32,843 nt of DNA from Candidatus Krumholzibacteriia bacterium (GTDB lineage: Bacteria; Krumholzibacteriota; Krumholzibacteriia; LZORAL124-64-63), in contig JAZBOO010000292.1 of assembly GCA_036351155.1 (NCBI GenBank), positions 1-32,843 of the forward strand. Direction: 5' to 3'. Made by a program: the position numbers and the translations under genes. Numbering within the stretch: position 1 is the first letter of the stretch; each line of letters begins with the position of its first letter. Shown one piece after another: positions 7,044 to 16,525 of the stretch. The notes below the pieces were generated by a model, which had not been told where the DNA came from, did not search any database, and worked only from the letters and a program-made list of their open reading frames with translations.

Positions 7044-9653
7044 TCAGGGTTCGGGCGGAAGATACCTGGCGACCAGCTGGGCGTAGTCCCGGACCTGAGC
7101 CCTGACCCAGGCCTTGTCCCGTCCCAGCTCCTCGGCCAGGATCCTGGCCACGTCTTCGGCAATTTCCCCGCTTGCCTGCGCATCCAGCAGGAGACAGCGC
7201 GTGCGCCGGGCCAGCACGTCCTCCACCGTCTGGGCCATCTCCTGCCGGGCCGCCCAGACCACCATGGCCCGTGAAATGGGCAGCTGATCGTGCAGGATCT
7301 CGCCCAGCTTGGGCTCGGCATCGATCAGCGCCTCGATCCGGTAGGCATCCACTCCATAATGACTCAGCATGCCGAAGACGGGAAACAGACGGTCCCAGCC
7401 ATGGATGGCCAGGTTCTTGGTCTGGGACGGAACATAATCCAGGTTGGCGATGGTCGCCGCCTGATCGGTCGTTTCCTGAGCCATCAGACGGTAGGTTGTC
7501 CACTTGCCGCCGGTGATGGTGACCAGGCCCGCCGCCGAGATCAAGATCTGGTGCTCCCGTGACAATTCTGCGGTGTTCTCCGCCGCATCGTTCATGACCA
7601 GGGGACGCAACCCGGCAAACACGCTCTTGATGTCGGCCAGGGTGGGATCGTGGGTCAGATACTTGGCCGCGTGGGACAGGATGAAATCGATCTCACCGGG
7701 ATCGGCCTCGGGCTCCAGATCCAGGGACTCGACGGGAGTGTCGGTGGTGCCGATCACCACCCGATCCTGCCAGGGAATGGCAAACAGCACCCGGCCATCG
7801 TCGGTGTGGGGCACCATGATGGCGGTGTCTCCCCCCAGAAACGAGCGGTCCAGAACCACGTGCACGCCCCGACTGGCCTTCATGATGGTCTGGCACTCGG
7901 GGTTGTCCAGCTTGCGCACCGTGTCGGTGAAGGGTCCGGTGGCGTTGATCACGCAGCGCGCGTTCACCGAATAGTCCGTGCCGGTGAGATGGTCCCGGGC
8001 CACCACGCCCGTGATCACCCCTTCCTGGCGGCTGAACTCCTGCACCCCGCAGTAATTGATCACCGTGGCGCCCTCGTCAGCCGCGGTCTGGGCCAGGTTG
8101 ACCACCAGGCGGGCGTCGTCGAACTGCCCGTCATGATATTGCACCCCGCCGCGCAGCCCCAGGGTCTCGATCTTCGGAATCCTGTTCCGCGTCTCCTCGG
8201 GAGACAGATTGACCGAGGGGCCGAAGCCGTGCTTGCCGGCCAGCAGATCATAAAACCGGAGCCCCACCCCGTAGAAGGGTCCTTCCCACCAGTCATAGGT
8301 GGGCACAATGAAGGGCAGGTCATGCACCAGGTGGGGAGCGTTGTTGCGCAAAATGGAACGTTCCCGCAAAGCCTCGAGCACCAGAGAAACATTGCCCTGC
8401 TGCAGATAACGCACTCCGCCATGGATCAGCTTGGTGCTCCGGCTGGAGGTCCCTTTCCCGAAATCGTGCTGTTCCAGCAACAGCGTTTTGTACCCGCGCG
8501 ACGCCGCCTCCACTGCCACTCCCAGGCCGGTGGCCCCTCCCCCGATGACCACGAAATCCCAGATATCAGGATGATCCTTCAGGTGGGCCAGGGCCGCCGT
8601 GCGGTCAAGTTTCGCATTCTCCTCGGTCGGGATGGCCGGCAAGAAATGAGGACTGGCGATGTCAGGAGCGGAAGTGGGCGCAGCGGTCCTGTCCTTCCCG
8701 AACAAACTTTTCAGGTAACCCCTGGCCCGTTCCAGCAGTCCTTCCGGAGTGCCTCCGGAGAACTCGGCAGCCAGTTCCACCAGCTGTCTGGTGCGCAGGT
8801 AGCCGTACACCTTGTGCGGGTTCCGGTGGCGACGATAGACGTAGTCGTTGCTCACCGAAACATCGATGGGCTTGACCCCGTTGGCATTGGGGAGAAAATC
8901 GTCGACCAGGCTGAAGTCGAAGGCCACGTAGTCCTCCACATCAGCCAGGTTGTACCAGGCCCGGCGCACCCCATCGGGGATGGACATGGCCCCCTGAACA
9001 GGGGCCCCCGCACTGAGGGCGGCCGCAATTTTCCCGATGACCACGGGAAACCCCAGAGGCGAGCCCACGGTCACCAGGGTGTCCACCTGCAGATGCGGAT
9101 TCAGACTCAGCACATCGAAGGCCACGATGGACCCCATGGAATGGGCAATCAGGAGAATACGGTCCCCCTGATGCTTCTCCAGGACCCTGATCAGTCTGCC
9201 GCGGATCTCCTGGCGAGCCGACAGCGCCTCCCCTTCTTGCCCCGGCTCCGAAGAGTAATAAGCATCGAAATCCTGGAAGAAGCGGCGGATCAGGCGGTCC
9301 GTGACCGACTCGTAGTTGATGGTGAAGTCGTCATTCAGAATGACCTGGCTGAATTTTTCTTCCAGGAAAGTGGCGATGCGTCGCCGGAGTCCCCGGGAGC
9401 TGGGGGGAGTGGCGCGCATCCGGGGAACGTAGGGCTCCGGGATATACAGGGGGCTCTGCTGATCGGAAACCTCCGGATCCCGGGGCACCGGGTGCAGAAC
9501 ATCGGCCCAGTAAACAAGCTCGAAGTTCAGGTCACCCAGGTCCACCTGCCAGCGCTCGGCGCCCTCACGCAACGATTGCAGCCACCAGCTGCGCAGGACA
9601 TGTTCCGGAGGCTTGCCCCCCAGACCGTGGATTCCGATCACAACGTTCTTCAT
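7044..9653 (-). CDS. glpD: Fusion protein: N-terminal alpha/beta-hydrolase (lipase/esterase-like) plus FAD-dependent glycerol-3-phosphate dehydrogenase
   Basis: N-terminal IGIHGLG, LIAHSMGS, TVGSPLG; C-terminal VIGGGATGLG, GTSSRSTKLIHGGVRYL, DGQFDDAR, GLRPL, GGKWTTYR, DVLARRTR; one continuous ORF. Confidence 0.88.
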   Translation of the reverse strand: MKNVVIGIHGLGGKPPEHVLRSWWLQSLREGAERWQVDLGDLNFELVYWADVLHPVPRDPEVSDQQSPLYIPEPYVPRMRATPPSSRGLRRRIATFLEEKFSQVILNDDFTINYESVTDRLIRRFFQDFDAYYSSEPGQEGEALSARQEIRGRLIRVLEKHQGDRILLIAHSMGSIVAFDVLSLNPHLQVDTLVTVGSPLGFPVVIGKIAAALSAGAPVQGAMSIPDGVRRAWYNLADVEDYVAFDFSLVDDFLPNANGVKPIDVSVSNDYVYRRHRNPHKVYGYLRTRQLVELAAEFSGGTPEGLLERARGYLKSLFGKDRTAAPTSAPDIASPHFLPAIPTEENAKLDRTAALAHLKDHPDIWDFVVIGGGATGLGVAVEAASRGYKTLLLEQHDFGKGTSSRSTKLIHGGVRYLQQGNVSLVLEALRERSILRNNAPHLVHDLPFIVPTYDWWEGPFYGVGLRFYDLLAGKHGFGPSVNLSPEETRNRIPKIETLGLRGGVQYHDGQFDDARLVVNLAQTAADEGATVINYCGVQEFSRQEGVITGVVARDHLTGTDYSVNARCVINATGPFTDTVRKLDNPECQTIMKASRGVHVVLDRSFLGGDTAIMVPHTDDGRVLFAIPWQDRVVIGTTDTPVESLDLEPEADPGEIDFILSHAAKYLTHDPTLADIKSVFAGLRPLVMNDAAENTAELSREHQILISAAGLVTITGGKWTTYRLMAQETTDQAATIANLDYVPSQTKNLAIHGWDRLFPVFGMLSHYGVDAYRIEALIDAEPKLGEILHDQLPISRAMVVWAARQEMAQTVEDVLARRTRCLLLDAQASGEIAEDVARILAEELGRDKAWVRAQVRDYAQLVARYLPPEP

Positions 9654-9745
9654 CAATTCTCCCGGCAAGCGCTATCGATGAATGACAGACCCGGATGGTC
9701 AGGCTATTCTCTTCGGCGGACACCACTGTAAACCCGGGAGGATCC

Positions 9746-10972
9746 GTGCTCAACCGTATCTGGACGTTCTTTTTTCTGGGCGGCTTTGTCGCCGCCGTGG
9801 TCCGGTCGATCGGCGGCCACACCCAGGTGTGGCAGGACATCGTCGGTTCGACCTTCGACATGGCCGAAACGGCCTTCAAGATCGCCCTGGGCCTCACCGG
9901 GGTCATGTGTCTCTGGCTGGGCATCATGAAGATCGGCGAGCAGGGCGGAGCGGTGGATCTGCTGGCCCGCGCCTTCGGCCCTTTGCTGCGTCGCCTGTTC
10001 CCCGGCATTCCCGCCGGGCACCCGGCCACCGGCAGCATCGTGATGAACATGGCCGCCAACATGCTGGGCCTGGACAACGCCGCCACGCCCCTGGGCCTGA
10101 AGGCCATGGGCGACCTGCAGGATCTGAACCCGGACAAGACAACCGCCAGCGACGAGATGATCCTCTTCATGGTCATCAACACCTCGGCGGTGACGGTCAT
10201 CCCGGTGACCATCTTCACCTACCGGGCGCAAATGGGGGCCGCCGATCCCACCGACATCTTCTTGCCCATCCTGATCGCCACCTTCTGCAGCACCCTGGTC
10301 GGGTTGCTGGTCACCTCGTTTTTTCAGCGGATCCGTCTGCACGACCCGGTGGTCCTGGCCTACCTGGGCGGCATGACCGCGCTGGTGGCCGGCCTGGTGG
10401 GCTACTTCGCCCGCCTGGACCAGACCGCCCTGGAGCAGCAGTCGTCCCTGCTGGCGAATTTCCTGATCTTCGGCGTCATTGTGGCCTTCATGCTGGGAGC
10501 CATCCGGAGGCGGGTGAACCTGTACGAGACCTTTGTCGAGGGAGCCAAGGAGGGCTTCCAGGTGGCGGTGGGGATCATCCCCTACCTGGTGGCCATGCTG
10601 GTGGCCATCGGGGTGTTCCGGGCCAGCGGCGCCCTGGACCTGATCCTGGACGCGTTGCGCAACCTGGCCGGAACTGCCGGGATGGACGCGCGTTTCATCG
10701 ACGGTCTGCCCACCGCCCTGATGAAACCCCTGAGCGGCAGCGGAGCCCGCGGCATGATGATCGAGACCATGCAAAGTCATGGCGCCGACAGTTTCGCCGG
10801 GCGGCTGGCCAGCGTCATCCAGGGCAGCACCGAGACCACCTTCTACGTGCTGGCGGTCTACTTCGGCTCGGTGGGTATCCGCCGGACGCGCCACGCGGTG
10901 TTCTGCGGCCTGGCGGCCGATGCGGCCGGGATCACCGCGGCCATCATTGTCAGTTATCTGTTCTTCACCTAG
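9746..10972 (+). CDS. Fused SpmA/SpmB nucleoside-recognition (Gate) domain membrane protein
   Basis: NMAANMLGLDNAATPLGLKAM, FVEGAKEGF, KPLSGSGARG, GSTETTFYVLAVYFGSVGI; GTG 9746 with GGAGG RBS. Confidence 0.9.
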   Translation: MLNRIWTFFFLGGFVAAVVRSIGGHTQVWQDIVGSTFDMAETAFKIALGLTGVMCLWLGIMKIGEQGGAVDLLARAFGPLLRRLFPGIPAGHPATGSIVMNMAANMLGLDNAATPLGLKAMGDLQDLNPDKTTASDEMILFMVINTSAVTVIPVTIFTYRAQMGAADPTDIFLPILIATFCSTLVGLLVTSFFQRIRLHDPVVLAYLGGMTALVAGLVGYFARLDQTALEQQSSLLANFLIFGVIVAFMLGAIRRRVNLYETFVEGAKEGFQVAVGIIPYLVAMLVAIGVFRASGALDLILDALRNLAGTAGMDARFIDGLPTALMKPLSGSGARGMMIETMQSHGADSFAGRLASVIQGSTETTFYVLAVYFGSVGIRRTRHAVFCGLAADAAGITAAIIVSYLFFT

Positions 10973-10979
10973 GGAAAAT

Positions 10980-11948
10980 ATGCCTCAGAACCGCCTTCTG
11001 CGAGGATTCGCCCACAAACCGGCGATCGATCAACCCGCTTTTCTGAACAACTGGCCGGTGTGGCTCGGGCTGGCTGCTGCGCTGCTGATTCCCTTTTTCC
11101 TGCCCATCGCCCAGGGGTTGCGGCGACACCCCATCATCGGGGCCCTGGGTGAGCAGCTGCACATTCCCCTGCTGGCCGGCATCATGCTGCTGGTTTACTG
11201 GCGCGGACCTCTGCGCGGCCGGTTGTGGTGGGCGGCCTTGACCACGGCCATCATTGGCGGACTCATCGAGGGCGTCCAGACCCTGGTGGGGCGCTCCGCC
11301 CTGTTCGCCGACTGGGTGCTGGATCTGATTGGCATTGGCCTGGTGGTCGGTTTCGTGCTGTGGCGAGGTCAGGGCAAGCAGTACGGCAAGTGGCTCCTGA
11401 TCGCGTTGCTGCTCTACATTCCCGGCCAGCTGTGGCACCTGCCCTTTTCCACCCTGGCCCGCTACGAGGCACGCCAGACCTTCCCCATGATCGCCGATTT
11501 TGAAGGCCGATATTTTCACTGGCTGTGGAAGGACACGAACCGGTCGGAGGTCGCTTTTGCCCCGTCGGACTCCCTGCACGGGCAGGTGCTCCAGCTGACG
11601 GGCAACCCGATCAGCCGGTGGCCGGGCGCCCGGATGACCCATTTCCCGGAAGACTGGTCCAGCTACACCCACCTGGTGTTCGAGGCGCGGGCCACCCGCC
11701 ATGGGGGCGAAAATCTGCGCTTCGGGGTACGCATCGACGACTGGGAAGGCCGCAAGGACAACCTCTGGGCCAACCAGCGATTCTTTGCCACCGAAAAGTG
11801 GTACACCTACCGGATGAAAGTTGCCGAGCGCCCTGTGCTGCATGGCGAGCGCCACCTGGATCTGGGCGATGTCGAGGCCCTGCTCTTTTTCGTGGGCCAC
11901 CCCACCGACACTTTCCAGCTGGAGATCGACAACATCCGCCTGCAGTAG
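10980..11948 (+). CDS. Membrane protein with VanZ-like N-terminal helices and a beta-sandwich (carbohydrate-binding-like) C-terminal domain
   Basis: H.P.....IEGVQTLVGRSA...D..LD VanZ-like pattern; ADFE, DWSSY..L.F and IDNIRL resemble CBM11/CIA30-like domains. Confidence 0.6.
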   Translation: MPQNRLLRGFAHKPAIDQPAFLNNWPVWLGLAAALLIPFFLPIAQGLRRHPIIGALGEQLHIPLLAGIMLLVYWRGPLRGRLWWAALTTAIIGGLIEGVQTLVGRSALFADWVLDLIGIGLVVGFVLWRGQGKQYGKWLLIALLLYIPGQLWHLPFSTLARYEARQTFPMIADFEGRYFHWLWKDTNRSEVAFAPSDSLHGQVLQLTGNPISRWPGARMTHFPEDWSSYTHLVFEARATRHGGENLRFGVRIDDWEGRKDNLWANQRFFATEKWYTYRMKVAERPVLHGERHLDLGDVEALLFFVGHPTDTFQLEIDNIRLQ

Positions 11949-11960
11949 GGCTCCGGGTGG

Positions 11961-13292
11961 TCAGGTCAGATGCGCCTGTCCCAGCCGGAGCGCCGTTTCT
12001 TCCTCGACCTGCGCCCGGGCCGCAAACTCGGGCCAGCGTGCCACGGCCCCTTGCACCTCGTGCATCACATCATGGGGCTTGTTGATGTTCATCTCCCTGG
12101 CCACCGTCAGCAGATCTTCCCGGGTGATGCCCTCGCGCTTGCCCGCGATGGACATCTGGTGCCGCGCCGTCCACTGCCCGCCGGGGTTGTAGGCATAGGT
12201 CACATCGAAGGCCGGGGACAAGCTCCACTGCCCCTCCTCGTCCATCACAAAGGCGATGTTCTTGGTGTGATCGTCCTGGTTGCGGGCCAGGACGTTGAAC
12301 ACCATCCGGCGAAACTGCTGCTCGGCCTCGGGGTAGGGCAGACGCAGCTCGCGCATGACCTGGAAGGCCTGCTCGTAGGACCAGCGCGAGGGATCGTTGA
12401 AATCGAAATGGGCCAGTGCGCACAGCGACTGCAGATGCAAGCGGCGCCCACCCTCCGGCCGGTCGAAACGGCGGGTCAGAAAATGCGCGCGTCCTCCCTC
12501 TTCCAGCAGCCGACAGGGCATCATGTTGATTCCGCAGCTGGCGGCCATCAGATGGTAAGCGTATTCGATGCGCCCATAGCCGGCCGGCTCCCCCAGCTGG
12601 TGGTCATGCACCCCATCGAACTTCAGCAGCCAGTGCTGGAATCCCTCGGGCGCATCCACCTGACCCGACCGGACCTCACCGGTGGTGTCGTTGATGGCCA
12701 CCACGGCCTTGGGCCGACCACCCCCCGCACTGGTGCCCACCCGGATGATGTCCAGCAGCGCCTCGGTGCGGCGCCCTTTTTCCAGCCGGCGGGAGAAATC
12801 GGACCGCTGGTCGCTGACCGCCTGGGCCACGGCCACCAGCTCGGCCACCTCCACGGGCACCGACTGGTCGAAGCTGTCCTGCACCGCCGGCTCGAAGGTG
12901 AGCGCGCCCATGCCCCGGTTGCCGGTGTAGCACAACCGCTCAATGGGACTGAAACTCTGCGGCGTGCGCCCCTGACGGGCCAGCCAGGTGTTGATGATGC
13001 TGTTACCGAATGCGTCGGGCAGGGCATCGGCCAGCAGTCCCGGCAGGCCGAAGAACGTGCCGCGCGGCAGGCTGCGAAAACTGAAGCGGGGATCGCCCCG
13101 GCGAGCCGTGGCCAGAGGCATGGTCAGCGGGGCCAGATCCAGCCCCAGGTCCAGAAATTCGTCGGCGAACTCGAAGGTGGCCACTTCCCGGTCCTGATCC
13201 CAGGCCACGGCGCCCACCAGGTGCCCCCACACCTTCACCAGGGCGGTTTCCACCCGGGGTGGGGTGGGATTTCCTGTGCGATCGGTCACCAC
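11961..13292 (-). CDS. hipA: HipA-family type II toxin (kinase) with N-terminal couple domain
   Basis: DALPDAFG, GNRGMGAL.FEP, GTSAGGGRPKA, WLLKFDG, IEYAY, TRRFDR, NQDDHTKN, LSPAFDV. Confidence 0.93.
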   Translation of the reverse strand: MVTDRTGNPTPPRVETALVKVWGHLVGAVAWDQDREVATFEFADEFLDLGLDLAPLTMPLATARRGDPRFSFRSLPRGTFFGLPGLLADALPDAFGNSIINTWLARQGRTPQSFSPIERLCYTGNRGMGALTFEPAVQDSFDQSVPVEVAELVAVAQAVSDQRSDFSRRLEKGRRTEALLDIIRVGTSAGGGRPKAVVAINDTTGEVRSGQVDAPEGFQHWLLKFDGVHDHQLGEPAGYGRIEYAYHLMAASCGINMMPCRLLEEGGRAHFLTRRFDRPEGGRRLHLQSLCALAHFDFNDPSRWSYEQAFQVMRELRLPYPEAEQQFRRMVFNVLARNQDDHTKNIAFVMDEEGQWSLSPAFDVTYAYNPGGQWTARHQMSIAGKREGITREDLLTVAREMNINKPHDVMHEVQGAVARWPEFAARAQVEEETALRLGQAHLT

Positions 13293-13630
13293 GAGGGATC
13301 CTCCCGCGAATCTTCATCGGGTTGCTGGCCGCGGGTTCCGGTGGCTCTTTGCCGCTGCTTGCCCTGACGCCTGGCCAGGTCCAGGGGGCTGGGGCCCGGC
13401 TCGGGCAGGAAGCTGTCCAGCTCTTCCAGCATCTCCAGCGCCCGCAACACCTGCACCAGGGTCATGGTGCTGGTGGAGGCGCCGCGTTCGTACTCGCTGA
13501 CGGTGGTGCGATTGATCCCCGCCCGCTCGGCCAGCTGCTCCTGGGACAGGTTGCGGCGCAGACGCGCCCGGCGCAGACGCTGGCCCAGGGTACTCAGCAG
13601 GGCCTGGTCACTTTCTCCATATATTGACAT
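13286..13630 (-). CDS. XRE/HipB-like HTH antitoxin
   Basis: LGQRLRRARLRRNLSQEQLAERAGINRTTVSEYERG HTH; AGGAGG RBS; stop overlaps hipA start. Confidence 0.88.
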   Translation of the reverse strand: MSIYGESDQALLSTLGQRLRRARLRRNLSQEQLAERAGINRTTVSEYERGASTSTMTLVQVLRALEMLEELDSFLPEPGPSPLDLARRQGKQRQRATGTRGQQPDEDSREDPSW

Positions 13631-13649
13631 AACGCCTCCTATAGACAAC

Positions 13650-13678
13650 ATTGTACGTTTAAAAATAGATTTTGCCTA
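13650..13678 (-). promoter_or_regulatory. Candidate sigma70 promoter of the hipBA-like operon
   Basis: TAGGCA-N17-TACAAT on minus strand within an AT-rich divergent intergenic region (13631-13770). Confidence 0.5.
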
Positions 13679-13770
13679 TTATTTCCGTCATTAACTTATT
13701 TCGGTGTTTTTCCAGCATTATTTAGTTTTTTCAAGATAATGATGGAAATAAACTACAAAGAGGAGAAAGC

Positions 13771-14067
13771 ATGTCCACGTCATTGACCATCGTGGCCCGC
13801 ATCGAGGCCAGGCCAGGTTGCGAAGAAGAACTGGCCGCCCACCTGCACGGCCTGATCGCGCCCACCCTGCGCGAGGACGGATGCCTGCAGTACGATCTGC
13901 ACCGGGACAACGACCACCCCGGTCGATTCCTCTTCTTCGAGAACTGGCAGAGCCGACCCCAGTGGCAAACCCACATGGAATCGGCCCATCTGAAAGCCTA
14001 CCAGGAGGCCACGGCCGATCTGGTGGCGGATTTTGAACTGTTCGAGATGACCCAGGTACGCGGTTAA
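13771..14067 (+). CDS. ABM-family putative quinol monooxygenase
   Basis: IVARIEARPG.EE, EDGCLQYDLH, FLFFENW, HMES.H; AGAGGAG RBS. Confidence 0.88.
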   Translation: MSTSLTIVARIEARPGCEEELAAHLHGLIAPTLREDGCLQYDLHRDNDHPGRFLFFENWQSRPQWQTHMESAHLKAYQEATADLVADFELFEMTQVRG

Positions 14068-14399
14068 TTCTTCGGACTGTGGCCCAGGTCCTTCAGGGCG
14101 GCCATCACCGTGGCCCGGTGGTCGCCCTGGATCTCGATGACGCCATCCTTCACCGTGCCCCCGGCGCCGCATTTCTGCTTGAGAGCCTTGCCCAGATCGG
14201 CCAGCTCCATCCCGTCCAGAGGCAGCCCGGTGACCACCGTCACGGCCTTGCCGCGGCGGCCCTTGGTTTCCAGGCGCACGCGCACCGGGCCCTTCGCCTT
14301 TCCGGAGGATCCAGCCTGGCACCGACAATCCTCGGCCGGTCGGCCGCAGCCAGGACACATGCGACCACCCTCCGACGAGTACACCAGATTCTTGCCCAT
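14064..14399 (-). CDS. yciH: SUI1-family translation factor YciH
   Basis: ETKGRRGKAVTVV.GL, LKQKCGAGGTVKDG.IEIQGDHR. Confidence 0.93.
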   Translation of the reverse strand: MGKNLVYSSEGGRMCPGCGRPAEDCRCQAGSSGKAKGPVRVRLETKGRRGKAVTVVTGLPLDGMELADLGKALKQKCGAGGTVKDGVIEIQGDHRATVMAALKDLGHSPKN

Positions 14400-14401
14400 G
14401 C

Positions 14402-14593
14402 TCAGTCATCCTCCGTGCGCACGGTCAGGCTGTCCACCTGTCCGGGTGAAGTGGTCACACTCACCACGATGGGCCGGCAACACACGCTGCAGTCCTCGAC
14501 GTATTCCTGATCGGGAACAGAACAATCCACTTCCACCGTGATGGTTCGACCGCAATAGGGGCAGGAAAAATCCGCCTCCTGCAAATTATTCAT
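14402..14593 (-). CDS. CPXCG-motif cysteine-rich small protein
   Basis: CPYCG...QEYVEDCSVCCRPI. Confidence 0.85.
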   Translation of the reverse strand: MNNLQEADFSCPYCGRTITVEVDCSVPDQEYVEDCSVCCRPIVVSVTTSPGQVDSLTVRTEDD

Positions 14594-14948
14594 CCCGGTG
14601 CACACTATCCGGAGAGAACGCCGGCAAGCACACCGCGATGTAGTGCGCGCCCTCAGGGGCGGGGCAGCTGTAGCGGATCCACTCGCCGGGACTGCAGACC
14701 ACCGCCTGGCCGGCGGTCACGTCCAGTACGCCATCTTCGTGCTCGACCCGCAGCAAGCCATCGAGAACCACGGTGATCTCCTCGAATGCGGGGCGCTGTC
14801 CCGGTTCCACCCACCCCGACGGAGCATGCATGCGCGCCACGCTCACGTTCTGGTGACCGCTGTTCACCCGGCCGGCATATTCCTCGATGATCTTGGGCTT
14901 GTTGCCCGCCGCCTCGATGACGGCAGGAGCGGAAATCAATCTGGGCAT
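14586..14948 (-). CDS. Cupin-domain protein
   Basis: AAGNKPKIIEEY.GRVN, GWVEPGQRP.FEE, Y.AVCLPAFSP; AAGGA RBS. Confidence 0.85.
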   Translation of the reverse strand: MPRLISAPAVIEAAGNKPKIIEEYAGRVNSGHQNVSVARMHAPSGWVEPGQRPAFEEITVVLDGLLRVEHEDGVLDVTAGQAVVCSPGEWIRYSCPAPEGAHYIAVCLPAFSPDSVHRDE

Positions 14949-15001
14949 GAGAATTCCTTTCGTTGCGGACAACCTACACCGGCAAGGTAAGCCCTGCCCA
15001 T

Positions 15002-15033
15002 AAAAAAACCGGAGACCCCCGCGGATCTCCGGT
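15002..15033 (-). terminator. Rho-independent terminator after beta-propeller gene
   Basis: Minus strand ACCGGAGA...TCTCCGGT stem followed by a T-run. Confidence 0.85.
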
Positions 15034-15054
15034 CACGAAAATTGTCACCCCAGG

Positions 15055-16296
15055 CTACCCCTTGCTCAGGTAGATGACCTCCATGGGAACGGCTTCTTCC
15101 TCATCCTCGGAAGCCGCCGCGCCCGCTCCGCCCTGTTGCAATGACCGTACGGCCTCGGTGAACCCGGTCACCAGCACGGCTCCGCCGTCGGGCGTGAAGA
15201 ACAGGTTGTCTTCCAGGCCGTTACCCTCGACCTGAGCCGCCACCTGCTTGATGAAGTGGCCGTCGGGACTGAACACATCGTAAGTGGCCAGAATGCCTTC
15301 GGGCTGATCATACCCGCTGCGGCTGCTGGTCACCCAGAGGTTGCCGTCGGGACCGAACTGCAGGGCGCCCACATCGGGTTCCGTCCGGGACACCTTGATG
15401 GTGGCGTTGGGCAGCTGAGCCAGCTGAGCTTCCACGGCGTTCTTCACCGCGTCGTAATCCTTGTCGGCGCGAGGACGGTGCTCGAAATCGCGCATGATGA
15501 TCCGCTCCAGAGATCCGTCGGGATTGAACACATGGATCTCGTAAGCGTTGCGCACCGGAGCCACGTACACGCGGCCGTCGGGACCGGAACAGGCCTTGCG
15601 GAAATCGACCCGGTTCATGGCGTCCTCGTCGAAGGAGAACTTGGTGAAGTCCATCACCTGTTCCATGGCCAGGAAGCGGGCCTTCTCGTTGCCCTCATTG
15701 TCGAACGAGGCCACGAAGTTGGTGCGAATCTGCCCGGTCGGAGGATTCTGCTTGATCTCCTCGCCCGAAACAATGATCTCGCCCCCACCGCTGAAACAGT
15801 CGTAGAACAGCATGAAGCCGCCCTGGGTGGGATCACTTCCGCCGGCCTCGAACACACCCATGGGCACACCTTCGGTGTCGATCTTGGTGATCTTGCCGGG
15901 AAACATCTGCACCAGGCCCAGAGTGCCGTCGGGCATGGTGATCAGGTTGGTGGGCGTCCGGGTTTCTCCGGGTCCATCGCCTTCGCGGCTCAGAGTGGTC
16001 AGCCGCTCGCCGTCCTTCGAGTAGACCGGAATCTCGGAAAGGCGCGTGTCCAGCAGGTACACCTTCCCGTCCTCCCCGATGATCACCTGGGTGATCAAGC
16101 CGAAAAAGTCCTCGCTGTCCTCACCGCCCACGCGCCAGGACTCCTTGAAGGTCATGGTTTCGACGCCCTTGCTGGGCTCGGCGCCATTCTTGATGTGCAG
16201 AACGCCGTCCTCGGTCACTTCCTGACCGGCCTGGGCGACGGCCGCCAGCGCCATCAGGCTCATCAGCAACAAAAACATCCTGAACTTGGGATTCAT
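15055..16296 (-). CDS. Secreted 6-bladed beta-propeller (NHL-like) protein
   Basis: Sec signal peptide; DGKVYLLD, REGDGPGE, GPDGRVYV, GPDGNLWV, YDVFSPDGHF repeats. Confidence 0.8.
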   Translation of the reverse strand: MNPKFRMFLLLMSLMALAAVAQAGQEVTEDGVLHIKNGAEPSKGVETMTFKESWRVGGEDSEDFFGLITQVIIGEDGKVYLLDTRLSEIPVYSKDGERLTTLSREGDGPGETRTPTNLITMPDGTLGLVQMFPGKITKIDTEGVPMGVFEAGGSDPTQGGFMLFYDCFSGGGEIIVSGEEIKQNPPTGQIRTNFVASFDNEGNEKARFLAMEQVMDFTKFSFDEDAMNRVDFRKACSGPDGRVYVAPVRNAYEIHVFNPDGSLERIIMRDFEHRPRADKDYDAVKNAVEAQLAQLPNATIKVSRTEPDVGALQFGPDGNLWVTSSRSGYDQPEGILATYDVFSPDGHFIKQVAAQVEGNGLEDNLFFTPDGGAVLVTGFTEAVRSLQQGGAGAAASEDEEEAVPMEVIYLSKG

Positions 16297-16381
16297 GGTC
16301 TATTCCTTTCATCAAGCCCACGCGCTGTGCCGCCCAGGCCCCCCTTTTGACGATTGCCGTTTCTTGCAGGCCGGCAATGAA

Positions 16382-16408
16382 TACGCGGCCTGACCGGCCT
16401 TTGTTTCA
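16382..16408 (-). promoter_or_regulatory. Candidate ECF-sigma promoter for the beta-propeller gene
   Basis: TGAAAC-N17-CGTA about 85 nt upstream of ATG 16296. Confidence 0.45.
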
Positions 16409-16525
16409 CCCGGGCCCGGGGTGGGACTTCCTGAGCACGCATCTGATACCCCCGTCCCGCCATTATTATTCACCGAGAATACACTGAAGTTTGGTTATAG
16501 CCTCCACCGAGACTAATTTCGGCGC

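Noticed and set aside
7018..7503. N-terminal extension of the DUF2797 ORF (442 aa call)
   Set aside because: Overlaps glpD in another frame; family motifs start at Met 7017
7650..9731. 693-aa plus-strand ORF and similar long antisense ORFs (4344-5690, 11970-13367, 16544-17863, 27394-28428)
   Set aside because: Antisense shadows of well-supported genes, expected at high GC; no motifs
9682..11046. 454-aa alternative-frame ORF over spmAB
   Set aside because: Low-complexity Arg/Gly/His/Pro off-frame translation
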